Below, in pieces: positions 20,450 to 33,756 of a DNA stretch of 33,756 nucleotides. How positions within the stretch are numbered: the first letter of the stretch is position 1; the number at the start of each line of letters is the position of its first letter. The stretch spans positions 1 through 33,756 of the forward strand of contig CALSCP010000879.1 of the NCBI GenBank assembly GCA_943704425.1, written 5' to 3'. Origin of the DNA: Ministeria vibrans ATCC 50519 (taxonomy: Eukaryota > Protista > Filasterea). Below the pieces are notes generated by a model that worked only from the letters and a program-made list of their open reading frames with translations, was not told the origin of the DNA and did no database searches. The position numbers and the translations under genes were made by a program.

Positions 20450-22326
20450 TCAACTAGAGGAGAGCAGCAACTGCATGTGCGCAACAACAGTGTCGAGACG
20501 CACTCGGTGCTGGTCCATCGAGTCACGATCGCGCAGCGTCACCGTGCCGTCGACACCCGTCTGTGCGTCCACTGTCACACACACTGGCACTCCGATCATG
20601 TCCGCATGAACATACCTGAAATCACACACCAAAAAAATGTAAGCCTTGGTTGGTGCACTACCTCCCACGCACACAACTGTACCGTTTGCCCACACTTCGC
20701 CTCACACTAAGCGATGCTTCAATTCCTTCATCGACCAGTGCCTTCCAGATATCCTGCGCCGGCGCCATAAACTCAGGCTTTTCCACCAGCGGCAGCACGC
20801 ACACTTTGACAGGCGCAATTCTGCACAATCTCGTCAGTCGCCTCTTTCCCGCTCTATTTCTCTCTCACTTTTTCTTTTTTTCTTTTTCTTTTTTTTTGTT
20901 TCTCTTTCTCTCTGATCTCTTTGATTTTCCATCATTTTGACTCAACCCAACCTTTTTCGCTCTTCTCCCGAATTTAATATGATACCTTGGATGAAAGTGG
21001 AACACCTCTCGGATCGCACTGCGACCAGTCGGCTGAACCTGCTCAAAGGCATCGTAGAGGTAGGCAAGTAGACCGCGCGTGAGGCCCGCCGACGGCTCCA
21101 CCACACTCGGCACAAACGTAGAGGTGCCAGTGGTCACGTCTACATTCACGCCGGTCGCCTGCTTCATCCGCTCTAGATCATACGCGCCACGCACAGCAAT
21201 GCTTTCCAACTCGCCCACACCAAACGGAAATGCCCGATACTCAATGTCAATTCCTGCTCGCGCATAGTGTGCCAATCCCCCTTCCAGACGCACCGCTGCA
21301 AAATTCTCGGGGGTGCGGGCGTACCGACGCCACCACGCCAGTCGCTGCGTTGCCAACTCCTCAAACTTCGCCTCTTCCGTGCCCGGCACACAAAAGTAGG
21401 CGCACTCCATTTGCTCAAACTCGCGTGTTCGAAACACCAAATGCTCGCACATGAGCTCGTCGCGGTACGAGCGCCCAATCTGCGCCAAACCAAATGGCAC
21501 ACGCACATTCGGCATCACCGACGCCGTAGGATAGTACATGCACAACCCTTGTGTCGTCTCGGGACGCAAGCGTAACTGCTCCGACCCCGTGCCAACACTG
21601 AACATGCCACTGCGCGTCTGGGGAGCCGTAAAAAACGGCGAGCGCGACTCGTCGTCCAGGCAGTTTTGCCACGGTACTCGTACCTCGTCTACCTCCTTCG
21701 TCGCCGTCTCATTCACGTGCTCCCGCGACGAGTCGCTAGTAGCAGCCGTACCCATCAGAACGAGTTCCTCCGGTGTTGATGCTTGCACGTTGACACGCAC
21801 ACTCAGTTCGGTTTTGCTGGGCTTCAGGACGTGTGCGCCGGGGGCGAGCCTGGTCGTGATGGTGTGGACCCACTCGTCGCGTTCCGCTTGCGACGACGTC
21901 AGCATGGTCAGATTCACGTAGGGCCTCTTGGTGCTCGCTGTTGTCAGGGACTCGAGCGCACACTGCGGCGCTGTGGCGCGCACCCGTCGACCGCTCAACA
22001 AGCACTGTCTGAATGTCTCCGTAAAATTCTCCTCATGGCCCGACGCCTGCAAGACGCGCCGGGGCAACAGCAAGGAGGTTTCAATCTCGTGCACATCGTG
22101 CTGACGCGTGATCATCTCGCGGCGCCTGCCAACACAAATGCGACAATGAAAAAGCGGTGCGACCCCATCCAATCTCATCCGATCGTTACCACTCGTTCGC
22201 GATGTTTCTTTTCATGGCCACTCCCAACGGACCATAATCCACCAGTCCACGCACTCCACCGTACGGACTGGCACTCCGCGATACAAAGCCCAGTCGCTCC
22301 ATCAGCGGCAGGACGCGGTTACTCAT
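20450..22326 (-). CDS. Glycyl-tRNA synthetase-like protein, short bacterial-type alpha2 (class IIa), divergent; 4 inferred exons
   Basis: [92 protein letters not shown]. Anticodon-binding domain [36 protein letters not shown]. Confidence 0.88.
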
Positions 22327-22410
22327 GTTGATTAAAAATGAAGTATAATGTGAAATTCTTCAATTATTTTTCATTCATTCTGTCACAATTTTGCATTTCT
22401 GATTGACAAA
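22327..22410. promoter_or_regulatory. Putative compact bidirectional promoter between the GlyRS-like and BRD8-like genes
   Basis: 84-bp AT-rich spacer between divergent start codons; inferred from geometry only. Confidence 0.5.
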
Positions 22411-24344
22411 ATGACTTGCTGGACAAAGGAGGAGCAATTGTGCTTGACGCAAGCGGTGCGTGAATGTGGCGAGAACGACTGGGAGGCGGTTGCTTGTAAA
22501 CTCAAACCCATCCTGGAGAAAACACGTCCTGCCGAATGGTACGCACCCGATGTGTGCAAGAAGGTCTTTGCCCAGCTTGTCGAGGGTGTTTCGCGTGGTC
22601 GCCGCAGCCAACGTACGCCCCTCCAATGCTTTAGGACCACATCGACATTCTGATTCTTCGCTTTTGCCTCTTTTCAGCGTCTGTCGTCGAAACCGCGTCG
22701 GATCTAGTCTTTCGCAAGCTCTGGACCGACATGATTGACATGCTGAAGAAAGAGACGCGCGGGCACTATGTCCTGTACAAGCGCACACGCCAGGAGATGG
22801 AGGCAATTCGTGCGGGCGTGTTTGACGATTCGCTCTCCTATCATGTCGAACAACTGGCCGTCTACGAGAAGTATCTCAAGGATGCCGAGGCGGCGCACGC
22901 CGAAGGCCGTCCTCCACCCCTTGCTGTCGAACCTCCAAAGCTTCAGCTCCATCACGATACACTTCCCGAAGCGGCTCTCGTCGACGACATGACCGTCGCA
23001 CTCACCGAAGTGCTGCGTGCCCGTCCTTCGTCGTCGTCTGCAAAGGCACGCAAAGGCAGCAGCAGCAGCTCACGACGCGGTGGAAGTATTGGCCGTCCAC
23101 CAGGCTCAGCCGCACGCCAACGTACCCTCTCGGGTGCCAGTGTGCCCGGTACGCCCGACCCCGATAGTCAAGCCGACCTCGCCGCCATACAGACCGCCGA
23201 AGATGTCGCCGCTCTGCGCCAAGACCACGCTTCTGCGTCCTCTACGTTGTATCACGTTGCATCGCCGTCAACCACGACAACACCAGCAGCGACAACAACA
23301 ACCACTACCCCAACTACGACGACGACGACGACGACGACGGCGACGGCGACTGTAGAACCCGCTGCGGCAGCAGCAAGCGCACATCCAGCGCTTACTGTCA
23401 CAAGCTCTTCCACGACAAGTGCACCACCACCCTCCATTGCCATTGTCGAGCAGCCTCCAACACCTGCTGCTGCCGAGACAGAGCCTGCAACCCCCGTCGA
23501 AAACAACCAAGAAGATCCATTGCCGCCTGTCGCTGCACTCGACACATCGACTCAAGCACCTGCTGTGCCATCTACACCCGAGGTGGCCCACACCGCGGCT
23601 TCGCCGCGCAGCGCCTCTCCAGCCCAGTCGCGTGGCACGCGCCAACACCACTCCCGTGCTCAGACACCCACTCTGCGCACCACTCCCACCCTCGCCACTG
23701 CTGCAGCCGCATCAGCCTTCGACTCGGAGGGTTCGCGTACCCTCGACACGCTTCTCTATGCACGCCCATGTCCCCCGCCCCTCACTCCGCAGCAACGCAA
23801 GTTGCTCCTGCGCACTGTCTGGACCAACATCTCGAACCACCGTTGCGGCAGTATCTTCAAGAAACCCATCACCGAACACGAAGCGCCTGGCTACCACGAG
23901 AGTGTGTTGCGGGCCATGGACCTGCAGACCATCAAACGCCGTGTCGAAGACGGCTCCATCCACACCACACGCGACTTTCTGCGCGACCTCTACCTCATGG
24001 TCCACAACGCCCTCATGTACAACAGCAGCGACTCGGATATTGCCCAGTATGCCCTTGACATCCGCGAGGAAATCACTCGCCTTGTCACCGAGTTCATGCT
24101 GGCCGAGGACACCGCTCTCGAGCAAATGCAACAACAACACAACACACCCAATGGTGACGACAACAACGACCCTGATGATACGCCTCTTGATACTTCAGCA
24201 CTCTCCTCTTCATCGACCCTCACCACTCCTACACGCGCCACGTCATTGCGCAAGAAGCGTCGTCGGTCCGCCACCGACTCGGCTGATGCAGACGCCGAAG
24301 ACAAACTAGCAACCTCCACTCCAAGCAAGAAATCGAAGAAGTAG
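22411..24344 (+). CDS. BRD8: BRD8-like protein (N-terminal SANT/Myb-like domain, Thr/Pro-rich linker, C-terminal bromodomain)
   Basis: WTKEEQLCL..AV..G..DWEAV..RPAEWY resembles the BRD8 N-terminus. Bromodomain NHR..IF.KPIT...APGYH..V.R.MDL.TIK...F.RDL.LM..NA.MYN. One intron at ~22613-22677. Confidence 0.85.
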
Positions 24345-24630
24345 TGCTACGTAACTCTGACAAGCGCACAAACGTTGGCTGAAAGGGGTTGCGCACAATA
24401 AAGTACACTCAGTACACCACTGTACATGTATCAAATATGAATGGATGGTGGCGCCAGAGCGGATGGCTGTGTCGCTCTGGCGCTGCTTGCAAGTCAATCG
24501 TGAGTCAATCACAATACCAAAAAGTATATTATTAATCTTGAATAATTGTCAACGCTCGTTCCTCAGTAGTCACTAGTCAGTGACGAGTCTCCTCACTTTA
24601 TTTTGCCTCTCTGCTCCTCTTTCGACGCGG

Positions 24631-29199
<4,569 letters not shown>

Positions 29200-29344
29200 C
29201 TCAATTCCGATCTCTCCCTTTATCCCTCCTTTCTCTGTCTCTATCATTATGTTTCTTTTCTCTCACTCTCTCTTTTTCTCTTGCACTGTGATTGAAGTAC
29301 TTCCCCGTTCCGTTGTGGTGTTCTAAATTATCAGTTGTATTACT

Positions 29345-29354
29345 ATAATAATAG

Positions 29355-29410
<56 letters not shown>
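29345..29410. repeat. (TAA)n/(TTA)n head-to-head microsatellite between convergent genes
   Basis: taataataataat..attattattatta run. Confidence 0.9.
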
Positions 29411-29416
29411 TTTGGT

Positions 29417-30432
29417 TCATTTTCGAGTTGCATTGGAGGGCGGACGCCAAGCCGGACGGAGAATGCCCGGCAGAATGAGCGTATCGGCCGCGTCGGCTGA
29501 GCGACGTCGTGGCGCCTTCCATTCAAACACGCCTGAGCGCGAACGGCCTGTCGGTGATGGCATGGTACGCATGGGAGACTGCTCGCGTGTACCATAACTG
29601 ATGACAGTAGCGCCCGTTTGACGCAAGCGAGTGCGCGAGTCGGGTCGCGTGCGCCATCGCTCTTCTGCATAAAGCACGCAACGTGCAAACCCACGGTCGC
29701 GTGCGTGCTCCGCCCACTTGCGCACACGCTCAACGTGCAAATCAAACTCGTGCAGCTCGTCGTGGTGCTCGGCCGCTAGGTGTACTTCCTCATTGGCAAG
29801 TTGACGGCTGCGCGTGCGCGACGGTCGCGCGTTGTCAAACGCCGTCAGTGGTAGCACACCCGTCGTGTGCAGCATTTTACGCATATCACGCAGTTCAGCA
29901 GCTGTATGATAATCGCCAGCGGCCGCGGCGCGTCGCTCAGCAGTCGTCAGGCTCGCCATCGACGAGTTTCGCAGAGCAGCTGGTAAGGCAATGTTACGGT
30001 CCATCGCTTTGCGACCGAGTCGTGCCATCTCCAGCGCGTGTCGCTCCTCGATGCGCTTCCGCGTGTGCTTTGCCACAGCGTCAATTGATCGCATCCGCGC
30101 AGCCCACACTGCCACATACTGCTCGAGATCGGCCACGTCGTGTGGCGACATAGTCTCCAGCAAATCTTGCGGCGTGTGAGGCTCAAGTGCGCCGCCCGAA
30201 GCCGATTTCCGTCGAGCTGCCGACAAAAACATATCGGACAAGAGACTTTGCAAGCGATCGTGGTCCTGTGAGCGTCGTCGTAGATCACCTGGACCACTGA
30301 AGGCACTCGACTTGTACGTGTGCAGTGTCGCAGTCAGTCCCTCGTCCCACTCACGCTCCTCCCGTTCATCTGCAACATCACCGGCCTGATCTGCCGTTCG
30401 CTTTGCCTCATCGTAGGTATCCCACAGCGCAA
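29417..30432 (-). CDS. Hypothetical helical protein, probable terminal exon
   Basis: The ORF 29417-30253 stays open upstream to ~30432 (ALWDTYDEAKRTADQ..). No family recognised; may join 30899-31855. Confidence 0.55.
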
Positions 30433-30898
30433 CTGGTCAAAGAAAGCGGCGTCATTCTTGGCCGGTTGCGACGAGGTCAACTGAAAAGGAAAACAGTGTT
30501 GTCACTGTTGACCGATAAATAAACTCAAATTGTGGTGCGTACCTCTGCAATGGAGCGCACGGTCGCTGTAAAGTCATCCAAAGAATGTGATCTTGTAGAT
30601 CGTTGTGGAGTGTCCATGAGAGAGGACGTCATAAAGACATTCTCAAAGCCGTGGTTGCTACGTCCAACGGATTTGGTTGCCATGGGCGACTTACGTCCAT
30701 TGGAGCCCACCGAAACAAATGGAGGTGGAATCGACCTCTCCGCAGCAACACGAGATACATGTGACATTGATGTCGTTCGAGTGGAGACAAACCACCTGCG
30801 AGAAATACTCGAACTAACTTGATAAAAAGGAATAATAATAATAATAAAAGTATTTTAATATGAACACAACAATGATTCATTCCTTACAAAATACATTA

Positions 30899-31855
30899 TT
30901 ACAAATTACGCTGGATTTCTTTGAGCCGATGCAAATGTGCCATGGATCGTGACAGTGACGCGTCAATGTCGGAGCCATTGAAGCGTGGGCTGCTCTCGGT
31001 GCTAAGCGAGAAGGAATCGCCCAGATTGGACGAGGGTGTCTCACTGGCCGTCTCATGCGCAGTCGCTGCACCAGGTGGACTGGTCGCTGCTGCGCTTGTC
31101 AATGACGAGGGTGGCGATTCGACAGCAACACGTAGACTCTTGACCGCATGTAGTAATGGCGATAGATGAGTCGCAGGCAGATGCGACGAGCTGCTAGGCC
31201 GTTGCGGGCGTGCTGTGCTGTGTGTCTCGACTGGAGCGGGTGCCAGTGCGGCACGTAAAAGCCCAACAAGAGCAGAAACATCCGCAGCCAGTGCCGGTGT
31301 CGTCGGCGTTGCTAACGGTGGTGCATGTGCATCGACTGTGGGTCGGGGTCGTCGCTGGCCCGGCGTGCAGTAGTACAGCCCTGCGTTGTATGCAGTGATG
31401 GCGGACACCAGGGAGGGCGATCGGGGAGACCTGGATGCCGTGGGGGGTCGCGGCGGCGTAGCAAGCAAGGGGGGCAGTGGCATGGATGGCGGTGGTGGTG
31501 CTGCGGGGTACACGGGCGGAGTGCGCATTTGGAAAAGGTCGTCGTCGTACTCCTCCTCCGCTTGAGCGCGTCGCCATCGGTCAATGTCGCGCCGCGAACC
31601 ATACCCTACTCTGCCGGTCCTGGCATCGGCAGCCAGCAGTTCCTCCGTCGCAGTCGTGAGGCCGTCGTCGTCATTGTCGTCGTTCAAGTCAAGCGCACTC
31701 AAACGCTGAACTTCTCGCTCTGGCCCCGTTGGGCTCTCGCCACGGACCCATTCACCCCGCCGATCATCCACACTGTCAACCTCATCGCTTTCCAACTCGT
31801 CCTCGTCCCCACCATACTGGTCTAAGTACACGTCGAGCTCGCGAGACCACGACAT
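30899..31855 (-). CDS. Hypothetical low-complexity (acidic, Pro/Ser-rich) protein, probable first exon
   Basis: 318-aa ORF from an ATG next to an AT-rich spacer, with a GTAATT donor near 30909. Probably spliced to downstream exons, but the junctions are not resolved. Confidence 0.55.
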   Translation of the reverse strand: MSWSRELDVYLDQYGGDEDELESDEVDSVDDRRGEWVRGESPTGPEREVQRLSALDLNDDNDDDGLTTATEELLAADARTGRVGYGSRRDIDRWRRAQAEEEYDDDLFQMRTPPVYPAAPPPPSMPLPPLLATPPRPPTASRSPRSPSLVSAITAYNAGLYYCTPGQRRPRPTVDAHAPPLATPTTPALAADVSALVGLLRAALAPAPVETHSTARPQRPSSSSHLPATHLSPLLHAVKSLRVAVESPPSSLTSAAATSPPGAATAHETASETPSSNLGDSFSLSTESSPRFNGSDIDASLSRSMAHLHRLKEIQRNL

Positions 31856-31976
31856 GACCAGAAACGAAATGAATGTTTACATGATTTAAATTTCATCCAC
31901 ATTTCATCAAAAATTCAAAATAAAATAATAAATATTCACTCATTACTCCATTTAACACTACCACACAGGTCTTGCC

Positions 31977-33493
31977 ATGAGGATATCGGTGAGCGCGCCG
32001 GGAAAACTCATTTTGCACGGCGAACACGCCGTCGTCCATGGAAAGGTAGAGCCAGGCATTCATTGGCTGACTCGCCTCACTCCCCCTCACTCCCCTCGCC
32101 GCCTGCACGCGTGCCTCTCTCTCTTCCCTTCCCCTCTAGACGGCCATTGCAGCCGCACTGGGTCTTCGTACCAGCGTCACCGTGAGCCAGTGCGCGTCCG
32201 ATGCGCCAGCGATCACCCTGAACCTCAAGACACTGCACAACTCACCCATCCACTGGTCTCTTGCCGATCTCGCTGCCTGCGCTCCCCTTCAATCCGTCGC
32301 AAACACTCCTCAATTACCCGACACGGAACACATGCTCATCATCGAACAGCTCGCGGCCGCGTAAGCACAAGCACGATCGCATGGCGACGCTGACACTCTC
32401 TCTAGCCAAAACGACAACGCGACAATCAGATCAGCCCTCATTGCGCTGGCTCACTTATTAGCATCTATTTACTATGCGGGCAACGATCAGTCGCAACAGT
32501 CACTCACGATCGACGTGGCCTCGTCGCTGCCCGTTGGTGCCGGCCTGGGCTCATCGGCCGCCTTCTCCGTCGCCATTGCCGGTACGTCCGGACCAAATAC
32601 TGCGTCTGCTCTGACTCTCTTGACATCCCCAACTTCTTTTCTCTCAATGACTAGGAGCCTTTCTAGTGGCGAGCGGCACAATCCCCCCCACACACGACGA
32701 GTGGTCTCACGCAGACCGCACCCTCGTCAACGACTGGGCGTTCCAGGGCGAGAAGCTCATCCACGGCAATCCGTCGGGCGTCGACAATGCCGTCGCCTGC
32801 TTTGGCGGTACCATCTCCTTCAAGGGTGGTGTCATCTCCGAAATTGCAGAGTCAGTGTTGTTATTTTTTTGCTTTAACTCTTCTCTTGTTGTTTTTTTTA
32901 TTGTTTTTTTGACCTTTCATTCTTCATGTAGCATGCCCCAACTACGGATCCTGCTGGTGAACACGAGTGTGCCGCGTTCGACCAAGGCGCTCGTAGCGGG
33001 TGTCGGGCGGTTAGCGACGCATCTACCGACCGTGATTGAGCCTGTACTGGCGGCCATGGACGCCATCAGCACCAACTCAGTGGCCACCCTGCGCCGACTG
33101 CACGCCGCACAGTCCACCTCACACCCCGATTCCGACACCATCAACACCCTGGGTCGGTGCTATGCCGACATGTCGCAGCTCATCGACGTCAACCAGGCCC
33201 TTCTCGATGCCATTGGCGTTGGCCACCGCGCCCTCTCGCGTGTTGTTCAGCTTGCCCGCGACGCATCCCTTTCCGCCAAGCTCACCGGCGCCGGTGGCGG
33301 CGGCTGCGCTTTTGTTCTCCTTGCTCCATCCACCACAGGTAGGCACTCATTGAACAAACTCGGTTCCTTCTAAACTGCGCATCTAGATGAACAAGTCACT
33401 AAATTGCGTGCTCGTCTCGAAGCGGAATCGTTCCAGTGCTTCCACACCGTCATTGGTGACCATGGAGTTCATCTCGACTCTTTTGAAGCCTGA
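31977..33493 (+). CDS. MVK: Mevalonate kinase (GHMP family), multi-exon
   Basis: SAPGKLILHGEHAVVHGK, SSLPVGAGLGSSAA, GEKLIHGNPSGVDNAV, NQALLDAIGVGH and KLTGAGGGGC; TGA at 33491-33493. Confidence 0.95.
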
Positions 33494-33584
33494 ATCAATA
33501 AAGTAAATGAAAGACACTCAAATTATTCCACAATCGTGGAATCAATCATGTCATAAATAATTTACGATTTGATAATAAAATTTT

Positions 33585-33641
33585 ATTATAATAATAATAA
33601 AATAAATAATAATAATTATTATTATTATTATTATTATTATT
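33585..33641. repeat. (TAA)n/(TTA)n microsatellite
   Basis: Direct reading. Confidence 0.85.
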
Positions 33642-33756
33642 GAGATTAATTGAAAAGTTTACTTAACTTTTCTTGGAAACCCCAAAATCGTCGCAGGGGG
33701 GACCGCTCGAAAAACTCAAACAGTGAAAAATAGAAAAGGTCGCGTCACCATGGCTC

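Noticed and set aside
23270-23350. (ACG/ACA)n run as a separate repeat element
   Set aside because: It encodes a poly-Thr stretch in the BRD8 linker.
23419-24309. 296-aa overlapping alternative-frame ORF within BRD8
   Set aside because: A shadow ORF of GC-rich coding sequence with no recognisable motifs; the same applies to most short antisense ORFs in the track.

Overview
Gene-dense, intron-containing eukaryotic DNA with short GT-AG introns, long (CT/GA)n and (TAA)n microsatellites and one N gap. A classical HRDLAARN receptor tyrosine kinase with a Tyr-motif-rich tail suggests a unicellular holozoan such as a choanoflagellate or filasterean; this is inference. The left half (~0.1-17.8 kb) looks like a sensing/immunity block. 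It holds an APAF1-like NB-ARC gene and a NACHT gene, both on the minus strand. Each carries an N-terminal CXorf38/DUF4559-like HEPN domain with an intact RxxxxH motif (RNVWAH, RNIIAH). They flank a large plus-strand RTK (signal peptide, Cys-rich repeats, ~26 EGF, Sushi-like repeats, ZU5-like domain ending in HFS, TM, Tyr kinase). The NB-ARC gene has two -1 frame breaks and the RTK has one in-frame TAG. The right half is mostly housekeeping: DUF4396 protein, tryptophan 2,3-dioxygenase, a divergent bacterial-type glycyl-tRNA synthetase, BRD8-like, MCTP, unknown protein(s) and mevalonate kinase. All family calls come from manual motif recognition; no searches were run.
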